A stretch of 64,000 nt of DNA from Candidatus Krumholzibacteriota bacterium (GTDB taxonomy: Bacteria; Krumholzibacteriota; Krumholzibacteriia; JAJRXK01). Position numbers and translations under genes: made by a program. Each line of letters opens with the position of its first letter. The first letter of the stretch is position 1. Shown piece after piece: positions 35,810 through 44,790 of the stretch. A model generated the notes under the pieces. The model saw only the letters and a list, made by a program, of their open reading frames with translations, made no database searches and was not told the DNA's origin. The stretch is from positions 136,092 through 200,091 of the forward strand of contig CAWDWO010000026.1 of assembly GCA_963806035.1 (NCBI GenBank), written 5' to 3'.

Positions 35810-38233
35810 TCATTCCGCTCTCAACTTGACTCTCAGCTCCAACTCCATTCTCTTCAGCATCTTGCCGAGAAGCTGGTCGACGCGCTTGTCCTTGAGCGTC
35901 CCCTTGATGCTGCGAAGCACCAGGCGCACCCCCAGCGCGCGCTCGGCCGAGCCGATTCCCTCGCCCTCGTAGAGGTCGAAGACGTCCAGGCTCTCCAGCA
36001 GCTCGCCGCCTTCCTCTCTGAGGAGTGCGGCGATGGCGCCGTAGGCAACCCCCTTGGGCACCAAAAGACTCAGGTCGCGCCGTACCGGCGGATAGATGGG
36101 GACCGGCTGGTAGCTCCTCCCCTGCGGCAGGGCCTCCTTCAGAGCGCTGAGCGAGAGCCTGGCGTGCAACACCGGTCCCTCCAGATCGAAGGCTTTGAGT
36201 ACTTTCGGGTGCAGGAGCCCCATGCGGCCGAGTTCCCGGGAACCGTCGGATACCACTGCCCCACTGCCCGGCGCGTAAAAGCTCTCGTCCTGGCCCGGGG
36301 CGCAGTGCGGACGAATCCCCAGGCTCTCCAGCGCGAGTTCGATCTCTCCGCGGGCGTCGAAGAGATCCACGGGACGCGGCTCGCGCGAAAAATGCGCGGT
36401 TTCAGCCGGACCGGCCCATACCATCACCACCGCCTCTGGCTCTTGCGGCAATGCCTCGTCCTGCTGCTTGAGAAAGCAACGATCCAGCTGGAAGAAGCGG
36501 ATGGGGCCGCTGAATGCCCGACGGCGATTGCGGTCCACGAAACGCAGCATCTCGGGCAGCGAGCTCGTCTTCATCAGACCCTCGCCGGCCACCAGGGGAT
36601 TCAAAACTTCCACCGCGCTGCGACGGGGATCGTCCTCGCCGAGACGGAGACGGTCCGGGTCCTTCGACTCCATGAAGGAAGATCCAGCAACTTCGTGAAA
36701 ACCGACGGCCGAGAAATGCTGGCGCAGTTGGCTCCTGAGCATCTCCGCTTTCTCACGGCGCGCGGGACGCAGCATGGGGGCGCGATCGCGCACCGGAATG
36801 TTGTCGTAGCCGTAGAGCCGCGCGATTTCCTCGATCGCATCGACCTCCTCCAGGAGATCGCGTCGGAAGCTGGGCGCCTTCACCCACACTCCGCTCTCGC
36901 CCTCCTCCTCGCCTTCCTGGGCGGAGATCTGCAGGCGGTCCAGAATCTTCGTGATCTGCCCGGTCGAAAGCTCCACCCCCAAGAGACGCCGCACTTGTTT
37001 GGAGCGCACGAAAAAGGAGGCGGGACTCGGGAGCGACTTGCCCAGAGCCTGGATCGCTCGCGAGCTCGCCGTCCCCCCGCAACACTGCGTGAGCAGTTGC
37101 ACGAGCCGCGACTGAACCCAGGGAATCATTTCCTGATCGCAACCCCGCTCGAAGCGATAGGAGGCGTCTGTGTTCATTCCAAGATCCCGGCGCATGGCGC
37201 GCACCGTCTGCGGATCGAAGTTCGCAACCTCGAGCAAGAGATCGGTCGTATCGTCGGAAACTTCGGTGCGGTTGCCACCCATCAGTCCGGCCAGCGCGGC
37301 GGGGCCTTTTGCGTCCGCGATCACCAGATGAGAGGGCTCGAGGGCGCGCTTCTGCTCATCCAGGGTCACGCAGGTTTCGCCCTTCTTGGCGCGCCGGACG
37401 ATGATTTCCTTTCCTTCGATTTTCTTCAGGTCGAAGGCGTGATTGGGCTGCCCACATTCGTGCAACAAATAGTTGCTGCAATCCACGACCGCGTTGATCG
37501 GCCGCTGCCCGATTGCCAAGAGCCTTCGCCTCATCCACTCGGGAGTTTTCGCCATCGCGAGTCCGTGAACGATACGCCCGGTATAGCGCGGGCAGGCGCC
37601 CTCGTCCTCGCAGCGCACGCGATAGCCTTCGTCCTCCAGGGCCAACTCGAGCTTCTCATCCACCTGCGGCAAGCGCAGTTCCTTGCCGTACTTCGCGGCC
37701 AGCTCGCGCGCCACCCCAATGTGACTCAACCAGTCGGGACGGTTGGGCGTGACCTCGATCTCCACACAGGTGTCCTTCCACCCGAAGATCTCGTCCACCG
37801 AAGTTCCGATTGCGTGCGTTCCGTCCAGCTCCAGAATGCCGCTGTGACCCTCGCCCAATCCCAGTTCACGCTCGCTGCAAATCATTCCCAGCGAAACCTC
37901 GCCGCGGATCTTGCTCTTCTTGATGGTCGTTCCGTCGGGCAAGGTGGCACCGGGAGTCGCGAAGGCGACCTTGAGGCCTTGACGCACGTTGGGGGCACCG
38001 CAGACCACCGGATACTCCGTGGCGCCGTCGCTGACCACGCAGACGCTCAATCGATCCGCGTTGGGATGGCGGCCGTGCTGCAACACGTGCCCCACCACGA
38101 TTCCCGGGAAGCTCAGGCCTACCTCTTCCACCTGCTCGACTTCCAGGCCCAAAAGAGTCAGATCCTGGCAGATCGACTCGATCTCTCGTGGCAGATCCAC
38201 GAGTTCACGCAACCACTCGATGGAGAGCTTCAC
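35810..38233 (-). CDS. pheT: phenylalanine--tRNA ligase beta subunit
   Basis: 807 aa; N-terminal tRNA-binding MKLSIEWLRELVDL, B3/4, B5 and anticodon-binding domains. Confidence 0.95.
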   Translation of the reverse strand: MKLSIEWLRELVDLPREIESICQDLTLLGLEVEQVEEVGLSFPGIVVGHVLQHGRHPNADRLSVCVVSDGATEYPVVCGAPNVRQGLKVAFATPGATLPDGTTIKKSKIRGEVSLGMICSERELGLGEGHSGILELDGTHAIGTSVDEIFGWKDTCVEIEVTPNRPDWLSHIGVARELAAKYGKELRLPQVDEKLELALEDEGYRVRCEDEGACPRYTGRIVHGLAMAKTPEWMRRRLLAIGQRPINAVVDCSNYLLHECGQPNHAFDLKKIEGKEIIVRRAKKGETCVTLDEQKRALEPSHLVIADAKGPAALAGLMGGNRTEVSDDTTDLLLEVANFDPQTVRAMRRDLGMNTDASYRFERGCDQEMIPWVQSRLVQLLTQCCGGTASSRAIQALGKSLPSPASFFVRSKQVRRLLGVELSTGQITKILDRLQISAQEGEEEGESGVWVKAPSFRRDLLEEVDAIEEIARLYGYDNIPVRDRAPMLRPARREKAEMLRSQLRQHFSAVGFHEVAGSSFMESKDPDRLRLGEDDPRRSAVEVLNPLVAGEGLMKTSSLPEMLRFVDRNRRRAFSGPIRFFQLDRCFLKQQDEALPQEPEAVVMVWAGPAETAHFSREPRPVDLFDARGEIELALESLGIRPHCAPGQDESFYAPGSGAVVSDGSRELGRMGLLHPKVLKAFDLEGPVLHARLSLSALKEALPQGRSYQPVPIYPPVRRDLSLLVPKGVAYGAIAALLREEGGELLESLDVFDLYEGEGIGSAERALGVRLVLRSIKGTLKDKRVDQLLGKMLKRMELELRVKLRAE

Positions 38234-38248
38234 GATCGACTCCTCGAC

Positions 38249-39262
38249 TCAGGACGGAAACTGCGAAAGAAAGCGAATGTCGTTCTCGTAGAGCAGCCGA
38301 ATGTCGGGAATGTCCGCATTCACCATGGCCAGACGATCAATGCCCATTCCGAAGGCAAAGCCCGTGTATTCATCGGGCGAATAGCCGCAGTTCTGAAACA
38401 CGTGCGGATGCACCATGCCCGCGCCCATGATCTCGAGCCACTGCCCCTTGCCGCCACTCTCCCACCACAGATCGACTTCCACGCTGGGCTCGGTGAAGGG
38501 AAAGAAGTGCGGACGAAAACGCAGACGGGGATTTTCTTCCTCGCGGAAGGCCTTGACGAAGGCGTAGACCGTGGCCTTCAGATCGGCCATGGAGACGCCC
38601 TTGTCCACGAAGAGTCCCTCGATTTGGTAGAACTCCGCGGCATGACTCGCGTCGGGCTGCTCCTGCCGGTAGACGCGTCCCGGAGCGAGGATCGCGATGG
38701 GAGGCGTGTGGGCCCGCATGTAGCGCACCTGTACCGGAGAGGTCTGTGTCCGCAGCACCACTTCGTCGTTCACGTAAAAAGTGTCTTGCAGATCCCGGCT
38801 TGGATGGTCGTCGGGGAAGTTCAGGGCGGTGAAGTTGAGAGCATCCAGTTCCACGTCCGGTCCGTCCGCGCGGGAATACCCCATGCCGTGAAAGATGTCG
38901 CAGATCTTTTCGATGCTCTGTTGAAGGAGGTGGAGGCTGCCCGCGTGCGGTCTCCGCGCGGGCAAACTCAAATCGAAGCGCACCGTCTTGTCGTTACCCT
39001 TGGCGTCCAGCGCTTCGCGACGCTGGTTCAGGGCGAGGGTGAGTTCCTCTTTGGCCGCATTCAGGGCCTGTCCCACCTGGGGACGCTCCTCCGCCGGCAC
39101 TTCCTTCAATCCGCGAAGGAGCGAGGTCAAATCGCCCTTCCGTCCCAGGTAGCGAATCCTGGCTTCCTCCAGGCTCGCCGCGTCTTCCGCCGCGCGGATC
39201 GCCTTGGAAGCCTCGCTCAGAATCTCCTGGATTCTCTCCTGCATTCCATCCTCCCGGATCAA
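38249..39262 (-). CDS. pheS: phenylalanine--tRNA ligase alpha subunit
   Basis: Class II motifs FPFTEPSVEVD, GAGMVHP, GFAFGMGIDRLAM. Confidence 0.95.
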   Translation of the reverse strand: MIREDGMQERIQEILSEASKAIRAAEDAASLEEARIRYLGRKGDLTSLLRGLKEVPAEERPQVGQALNAAKEELTLALNQRREALDAKGNDKTVRFDLSLPARRPHAGSLHLLQQSIEKICDIFHGMGYSRADGPDVELDALNFTALNFPDDHPSRDLQDTFYVNDEVVLRTQTSPVQVRYMRAHTPPIAILAPGRVYRQEQPDASHAAEFYQIEGLFVDKGVSMADLKATVYAFVKAFREEENPRLRFRPHFFPFTEPSVEVDLWWESGGKGQWLEIMGAGMVHPHVFQNCGYSPDEYTGFAFGMGIDRLAMVNADIPDIRLLYENDIRFLSQFPS

Positions 39263-39325
39263 AGACCGCCCCGAAGCCAGCTGGGCCCGGGGCGGTGCGA
39301 ATTTCTCCTCACAATGCCGCGACGA

Positions 39326-39679
39326 TCAGAGATGGGCCTTGGCGAGCTCGGCGATCTTCGCAAAGCTCTGCTCATCTTTCACCGCGAGATCCGCGAGAAT
39401 TTTGCGGTCGATCTCCACTTTGGCCGCCTTGAGACCACAGATGAGACGACTGTAGTTGAGTCCATGAATCCTCGCAGCTGCGTTGATACGAGTGATCCAG
39501 AGACGGCGGAAATCCCGCTTCTTGTTGCGACGATCGCGGTAGGCGTAGGCCAGGGCGCGGTCGACGGTCTCCTGCGCGGTGCGATTCAGTTTGCTGCGTC
39601 CGCCGTAATAGCCGCGCGCCCTCTGCAGGACCTTCTTGCGACGGGCGCGACTTGCGGGGTTGTTGGTTGCTCGTGACAT
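39326..39679 (-). CDS. rplT: 50S ribosomal protein L20
   Basis: [41 protein letters not shown]; 117 aa. Confidence 0.95.
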   Translation of the reverse strand: MSRATNNPASRARRKKVLQRARGYYGGRSKLNRTAQETVDRALAYAYRDRRNKKRDFRRLWITRINAAARIHGLNYSRLICGLKAAKVEIDRKILADLAVKDEQSFAKIAELAKAHL

Positions 39680-39709
39680 GGTCGAACCTTCCTCTTGAAC
39701 TCCGTTGGC

Positions 39710-39907
39710 CTAGCCGCCCGCCAGCATCTTCTTGACCCGGCTTTCATCCACCGAGGCCACGAGCGTCAACTGGCGCAGATTGCGCTTTCTCTTGGTCGTC
39801 TTCTTCGTGAAAATGTGGCCATGGAAGGCCTTCTGCCGGCGTATCTTGCCGCTTCCGGTACGTCGAAACCGTTTCGCGGCAGCCCGGTTACTTTTCATCT
39901 TGGGCAT
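39710..39907 (-). CDS. rpmI: 50S ribosomal protein L35
   Basis: [31 protein letters not shown] from the ATG at 39907. Confidence 0.9.
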   Translation of the reverse strand: MPKMKSNRAAAKRFRRTGSGKIRRQKAFHGHIFTKKTTKRKRNLRQLTLVASVDESRVKKMLAGG

Positions 39908-39971
39908 TTCGCCCTCCTGAGTCTGAAAGATCCTCACGCGAATGCACGGTGCCTCGCGCCTCTCGCCACGG

Positions 39972-40502
39972 CTATTTCTTGCTCGGTGGCATCAACATCA
40001 AAGAGAGGGTATTCCCTTCCATCTTGGGTGGATCGACCACGAGCGCCGCTTCGTCCAAGTCCTGAAGCAGTCGCGTGATCACCATCATCCCTCGCTCCTT
40101 GTGCGCCATTTCCCGTCCGCGGTACTGCACGAGGACCTTCACCCTCTCCCCCGCGGCCAAGAACTCGAGAATGTGCTTCTTCTTGAAGTTGTAATCGTGC
40201 TCTTCCGTCTTGGGACGGAACTTGATCATCTTCACCTTTTGGCGCTGCTGCTTGGACTTGGCGTGCTTCTGTCGCTTGCTTTCTTCGTACTTGAAGCGCC
40301 CGTAGTCCATGATCCGGCAAACGGGAGGACGCGCGGTGGGGGCAACTTCCACGAGGTCCAAGCCTCGGTCCTGCGCCAGCTCCAGAGCATCCCTGGTTTC
40401 CATGATCCCGAGCTGCTCCCCCTCTTCGTCGATCACGCGGATCTGCGGAATGCGGATCTGGTAATTGACTCGATTCTGGGGAGTCGATGACGAATTGGCG
40501 AT
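39972..40502 (-). CDS. infC: translation initiation factor IF-3; 5' boundary uncertain, likely a non-AUG start
   Basis: The conserved IF-3 N-terminus (..[24 protein letters not shown]..) extends upstream of the track GTG start; the frame stays open to a stop at ~40521-40523 and contains no in-frame ATG, as expected for the AUU/non-canonical infC start; the C-terminal domain is conserved. Confidence 0.8.
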   Translation of the reverse strand: MANSSSTPQNRVNYQIRIPQIRVIDEEGEQLGIMETRDALELAQDRGLDLVEVAPTARPPVCRIMDYGRFKYEESKRQKHAKSKQQRQKVKMIKFRPKTEEHDYNFKKKHILEFLAAGERVKVLVQYRGREMAHKERGMMVITRLLQDLDEAALVVDPPKMEGNTLSLMLMPPSKK

Positions 40503-40520
40503 ATCGAGACCTCCTTCGTC

Positions 40521-40708
40521 TCACTGGGCTCCTCTTACGACAAAAGGAGCAAACCACATGGTCTGCTCCCTCACTCAGAGTGCCTCGGGAACCCGGTCAG
40601 ATGACGGTGGCACGCTTGGCCTCCGCCGGGTGAGAAGCAGACCGCTTCTACTTGTTGATTTTTCGGCCCTCGCGCCGGCCTCAGCCGGCGTCAAATGCCC
40701 GCAGCAAT
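40521..40708 (-). promoter_or_regulatory. infC leader with an intrinsic-terminator-like hairpin (candidate L20-dependent attenuator)
   Basis: ~190-nt untranslated gap between thrS and infC; the minus strand has GGAGCAGACC-AUGU-GGUUUGCUCC followed by UUUUGUCG (plus 40541..40569), ~30 nt before infC. Confidence 0.4.
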
Positions 40709-42634
40709 CTAGCGCTTGGCCTCGATTTCGTCAAGGAGGGCCGAAATGAAGCCCTCCAGCTCCCTCGTGCCCAGGTCGCCCTCTCCATGACGGCGCACCG
40801 AGACCGTACCGGCCTCGCGCTCGCGCTCGCCGAGGACCGCCATGTACCGCACCTTCTCCAGCTCTGCGTCGCGGATCTTGCGGCCGATCTTCTCGTCCCG
40901 GGTGTCCACCTGGCTGCGGATTCCGGCCCCTTTGAGCTTGGCGTCGAGCTGCTTGGCGTAGTCCAGCACCTGCTCGTTCACCGGCAGAATGGCCACCTGC
41001 AGAGGCGCCAGCCAGAGGGGGAATTCCCCGGCGAACTGCTCGGTGAGCATTCCGATGAAACGCTCGAGGGAGCCGAAGATGGCCCGGTGAACCATGTACA
41101 CGTTCTTGCGTTCGCCTTGGTTGTCCACGTATTCCACACCGAAGCGGCGCGGCAGGTTGAAATCGAACTGGCAGGTGGAGGTCTGCCACTTGCGCCCCAG
41201 GGCATCCACCAGCTTCACGTCGATCTTCGGCCCGTAGAAGACCGCTTCGCCCTCCATGCGGCGGTAGCTGAGGCCCTCGGCCTCGATGGCCTTGACCAGC
41301 GAGAGCTCGGCCCTTTCCCACTCCTCGTCGCTGCCGGCGTACTTCCCCTTGTTCTGGGGGTCGCGCACGCTCAACTCGACGTGGAATTCCTCGAAGCCAA
41401 AGGTGGTCAGGATGTGCCGCGTGAGACGCAAGACGCCCAGCACCTCCTCCTCCAGCTGTTCCGGCGTGCAGAAGATGTGGGCATCGTCCTGGGTGAAGCC
41501 ACGTACCCTGAGCATCCCGTGCAGGGTGCCGCTGCGTTCGTAACGATACACGGTGCCCATCTCCGCATAGCGGACGGGAAGATCACGGTAACTCCACAGA
41601 CGCCGCTTGTAGATCAGCACGTGACCGGGACAGTTCATGGGCTTGACGACGTACTGCTGATTCTCGATCTCGAAGAGGTACATGTTCTCCTTGTAGAAGT
41701 CCATGTGCCCCGAAGTGCGCCAGAGATCGGCGCGGCTGATGTGCGGCGTGTCCACCATCAGATAGCCGTGCTTGAGGTGCTCTTGTTTCCAGAAGTCGAT
41801 GAGAACGTGGCGCAGGACGGAGCCCTTGGGGTGATAGAACGCCAGTCCCCCACCGGCCTCGTCTTGAATGGAGTAGAGATCGAGCTCCTTGCCCAGCTTG
41901 CGGTGGTCGCGCTTCTTGGCCTCCTCGATCTGCTTCAAGTAGGCGTCGAGATCCTGCTTGGAAAACCACGAGGTGCCGTAGATGCGCTGTAGCTGTTCCC
42001 GGTTCTCGTCTCCGCGCCAATAGGCTCCCGCCACGCTCAAGAGTTTGAAGGCCTTGATGCTCTTGGTGTTGGGAACGTGCGGCCCCTCGCAGAGATCGGT
42101 GAACTCGCCCATGTGGTAGGCGTAGATCTCCTGCCCCGCGAGTTCCTCGATCTGCTCCACCTTGAAGGGCTGGTCGCCGAAACGTTTCAGAGCGTCCGCG
42201 CGACCGATCCTCTCGCGCACGATGGGAAAACTCTGCTTCGCCAGCTCGCGCATCCTCTTCTCGATCTTTTCCAGATCCTGTTCGGAGAAGGGCTGGTCCA
42301 CTTTGATGTCGTAGTAGAAACCGTTTTCGACCGGCGGACCGAAAGCGAACTGGGCTCCGGGGAAGAGCTCCTGGATCGCGTAGGCCATGAGGTGCGCCGT
42401 ACTGTGCCTGAGCACGTCCAGCGCTTCCTCGGAACTCTTGGTCACCACCTCGAGTCGAGCGTCTTCTTCGAGAGGCTCATCGAAGGGTTGGTAGTCCCCA
42501 TCGACCTTGGCCGCGACGGCGGCCCGCGCCAGTCCCTCTCCGATAGTCGTGATGGCCGACAGAACCGTGCTTCCGCGCGGGACCTCGATCGAGTTTCCAT
42601 CGGGCAGACTCAGGGTGACTGTCGACTCGGCCAT
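40709..42634 (-). CDS. thrS: threonine--tRNA ligase
   Basis: TGS domain, HSTAHLMAYAI editing-domain motif, class II core and anticodon-binding domain; probable ATG at 42634 (MAESTVTLSLPDG). Confidence 0.95.
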   Translation of the reverse strand: MAESTVTLSLPDGNSIEVPRGSTVLSAITTIGEGLARAAVAAKVDGDYQPFDEPLEEDARLEVVTKSSEEALDVLRHSTAHLMAYAIQELFPGAQFAFGPPVENGFYYDIKVDQPFSEQDLEKIEKRMRELAKQSFPIVRERIGRADALKRFGDQPFKVEQIEELAGQEIYAYHMGEFTDLCEGPHVPNTKSIKAFKLLSVAGAYWRGDENREQLQRIYGTSWFSKQDLDAYLKQIEEAKKRDHRKLGKELDLYSIQDEAGGGLAFYHPKGSVLRHVLIDFWKQEHLKHGYLMVDTPHISRADLWRTSGHMDFYKENMYLFEIENQQYVVKPMNCPGHVLIYKRRLWSYRDLPVRYAEMGTVYRYERSGTLHGMLRVRGFTQDDAHIFCTPEQLEEEVLGVLRLTRHILTTFGFEEFHVELSVRDPQNKGKYAGSDEEWERAELSLVKAIEAEGLSYRRMEGEAVFYGPKIDVKLVDALGRKWQTSTCQFDFNLPRRFGVEYVDNQGERKNVYMVHRAIFGSLERFIGMLTEQFAGEFPLWLAPLQVAILPVNEQVLDYAKQLDAKLKGAGIRSQVDTRDEKIGRKIRDAELEKVRYMAVLGEREREAGTVSVRRHGEGDLGTRELEGFISALLDEIEAKR

Positions 42635-42751
42635 GACCGCTCCTTCGACCAGCTCGTCGAACGAAAAAGGCGAACCCGGAGGTTCACCCAAGAGAATGGC
42701 CCCGCGGGCCCGCGCGCTCCCTCCGAAGGAGCGCTATCTCGAGATTTGAGG

Positions 42752-42829
42752 TGGTGGGCGATACTGGACTTGAACCAGTGACCTCTTACATGTCAAGCAA
42801 GCGCTCTAACCAAGCTGAGCTAATCGCCC
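42752..42829 (-). tRNA. tRNA-Val (anticodon GAC)
   Basis: Minus-strand sequence GGGCGATTAGCTCAGCTTGGTTAGAGCGCTTGCTTGACATGTAAGAGGTCACTGGTTCAAGTCCAGTATCGCCCACCA; anticodon loop UUGACAU; CCA encoded. Confidence 0.8.
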
Positions 42830-42886
42830 CCAGGAACGCAAAGTAATATCCAAGGGGCACCCCCCTGTCAAGCCTGACAGCCCCTT

Positions 42887-43276
42887 TCAGCGGGGCAGGT
42901 GCTCGCGCTTGAAAATCGGAACCCGCGCCTTGAGTTCGTCGATGAGCCAGTGGCAGATGGTGAATGCCTCGGCTCGATGCGCCGTCGCCACCGCGATGTA
43001 CACGGCGCACTCTCCCACTTCGACCACGCCCTTGCGATGCGCCACCACCGCATCGAACTCGGGCCATCTTCCGTGGGCCTCCTTCAGCAACTCCGCCAGC
43101 TTCTTCTCAGCCATCGCGGCGTACGCTTCGTAATCGATGCCACGCAGCTTCAGCCTACCCTCGGTCTCGCGGACCCGACCTTGAAAGCTGACGACCGCAC
43201 CCCGCTCCCCACCGGAAAGCTCCGCCTCCAATCCCACCAGATCGAGCGTCTCGTCGCTGAGGAGAATCCGGTCCAC
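42887..43276 (-). CDS. moaE: molybdopterin synthase catalytic subunit MoaE
   Basis: GAVVSFQGRVRE...HRKGVVEVGECAVYIAVATAHRAEAF..FKRE; probable GTG start just after the moaD stop. Confidence 0.7.
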   Translation of the reverse strand: MDRILLSDETLDLVGLEAELSGGERGAVVSFQGRVRETEGRLKLRGIDYEAYAAMAEKKLAELLKEAHGRWPEFDAVVAHRKGVVEVGECAVYIAVATAHRAEAFTICHWLIDELKARVPIFKREHLPR

Positions 43277-43283
43277 GGACGGC

Positions 43284-43535
43284 TCACCCCCCGCTGAAGG
43301 GAGGCATGACGCCCACCCGTTGCGCCTGAGACAGGCGGGTCTCGCCACTGGCGAGCTCCTCGTCGACCGACCAGAGGAGGTGCTTCTGCATCGCCTTCAA
43401 CTGGGGGTATTTCTGGTAGAGGCTTTCTTGCAGCTCGGACAGGGTCGCATCCTCAGGAAGCGATACCGACTCCTCGCGGGTTCCCGTCTGGAGCGCCACA
43501 TCGGCGAAGTAGAGCAGCCTGAGAGTTTTGTCCAC
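43284..43535 (-). CDS. moaD: molybdopterin synthase sulfur-carrier subunit MoaD
   Basis: 83 aa ubiquitin-like protein ending in ...MPPFSGG (C-terminal Gly-Gly). Confidence 0.75.
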   Translation of the reverse strand: MDKTLRLLYFADVALQTGTREESVSLPEDATLSELQESLYQKYPQLKAMQKHLLWSVDEELASGETRLSQAQRVGVMPPFSGG

Positions 43536-43606
43536 GACCCCTGCCTCTTTCTCACAAAAAAGGCCTGTTAGAACAGGCCCCTTTCGCGCTGACCGGTCCT
43601 GCCGGA

Positions 43607-44506
43607 TCAGCTGAGATAGTCCGTGAGGTTGGTACCCGAAACTGAATGGCGCATCTTGCGCAGAGCGTCATTACGAATCTGCCGCACGCGCTCACGCGAA
43701 AGATTGATGTCCTCGCCGATCGCCTCCAGCGAGGTGCTCTCCTCGCCGCTGAGCCCGTAGTAACGCACCACGATATCTCGTTCGCGCGAGGTCAGGTTCT
43801 TCATTGCGGAGTCCAGTTGATCGCGCAGCTCGTCGCGCACGAATTCATCCTCAGGAGTGGAGTCCTCGGGGTTGGAGAGAATCTCCTGCAGAGGCTGTGA
43901 CTCCTCGTCGTGCAGGCTCTCGTCGATCGAGAGCAGTGGCCGCAGCACCGCGTTGATCTCGTTGAGCTTGCTCACCGAGATGTCGAGTTGCTTGGCCAGC
44001 TCCTCGCGCGGAATCGTGCCGCCCTTCTCCTGCTCCATGCGGTTGTTGATCTTGCGCAAACGCTGAGCCTGCTGCGCGCGATTGATCGGCAGTCGCACGG
44101 TGTGAGTCTGCTCCGCGAGCGCCTTTTGAATGGCCTGACGAATCCACCAGACCGCATAGGAGATGAAACGGAAGTTGCGGCGTTCATCGAAGCGATGTGC
44201 TGCAGTGATGAGCCCCATGTTGCCTTCCGCGATGAGATCGAGGAAGGAGAGCCCATGGCCTACGTAGCGCTTGGCCACGCTCACGACGAAGCGCAGGTTC
44301 GAGTAGACCAGCTTCTCGAGCGCCGCTTCGTCGCCACCGCGAATGCGGTAGGCCAGATCGAACTCCTGCTCCTTGGTGAGCAAGGGATAACGTCCGATCA
44401 CCTTCAAGTAGTGCTGAAGCGCCTGATCCTGACGACGATCAGGGCTCCGCTCGACTTCATACATGATTTCCTCCACCTTGGGACGCCGTAGATTGCGCGT
44501 CTCCAT
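43607..44506 (-). CDS. RNA polymerase sigma factor, sigma-70 family (group 1/2-like, RpoD/RpoS-type)
   Basis: Region 2 (DLIAEGNMGLITAAHRFDERRNFRFISYAVWWIRQAI) and region 4 (LSRERVRQIRNDALRKMRH); 299 aa. Confidence 0.85.
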   Translation of the reverse strand: METRNLRRPKVEEIMYEVERSPDRRQDQALQHYLKVIGRYPLLTKEQEFDLAYRIRGGDEAALEKLVYSNLRFVVSVAKRYVGHGLSFLDLIAEGNMGLITAAHRFDERRNFRFISYAVWWIRQAIQKALAEQTHTVRLPINRAQQAQRLRKINNRMEQEKGGTIPREELAKQLDISVSKLNEINAVLRPLLSIDESLHDEESQPLQEILSNPEDSTPEDEFVRDELRDQLDSAMKNLTSRERDIVVRYYGLSGEESTSLEAIGEDINLSRERVRQIRNDALRKMRHSVSGTNLTDYLS

Positions 44507-44790
44507 GCAAACTCGACCGCGACACTCCCACTGCCTTCTTCGACGCAGACAACTGACCTAGGAGCCCAAAAACCCGGGTGGGTTCCTGGCGGCCCATGAC
44601 CGTGAAGGCTCTCTTCTCCTACGTCATTCCCTGGAAGCAGTTCCCGGCGATGATGCCGCGTGCGCCGGGATCGGGCTCACTCTCGCGGTAAACCCATGTT
44701 TGCGTGAGAACTCGCGCAGCTATTGTGAACCATGGGCCCGGGCCCTGTCAACCAAGGGGCTCAGGGAATCCGCGGCCCGGGCCCCATCGT

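Noticed and set aside
36164-39676. 1170-aa plus-strand ORF and other very long plus-strand ORFs (e.g. 1573..3036, 7275..8471, 44704..45984, 53058..54332)
   Set aside because: They lie antisense to well-conserved genes (pheT/pheS/rplT, the NtrC regulator, the TPR gene, dnaK, the GT4). Their translations are low-complexity and Arg/Ala/Gly-rich, as expected for open antisense frames in ~65% GC DNA, with no family signatures.
40666-40690. GCCGGC-CTCA-GCCGGC palindrome and a plus-strand hairpin+T-run (40633..40665) in the thrS-infC spacer
   Set aside because: Stems are short (5-6 bp) and the flanking genes are on the minus strand. The stronger minus-strand hairpin at 40541..40569 better explains termination/attenuation.
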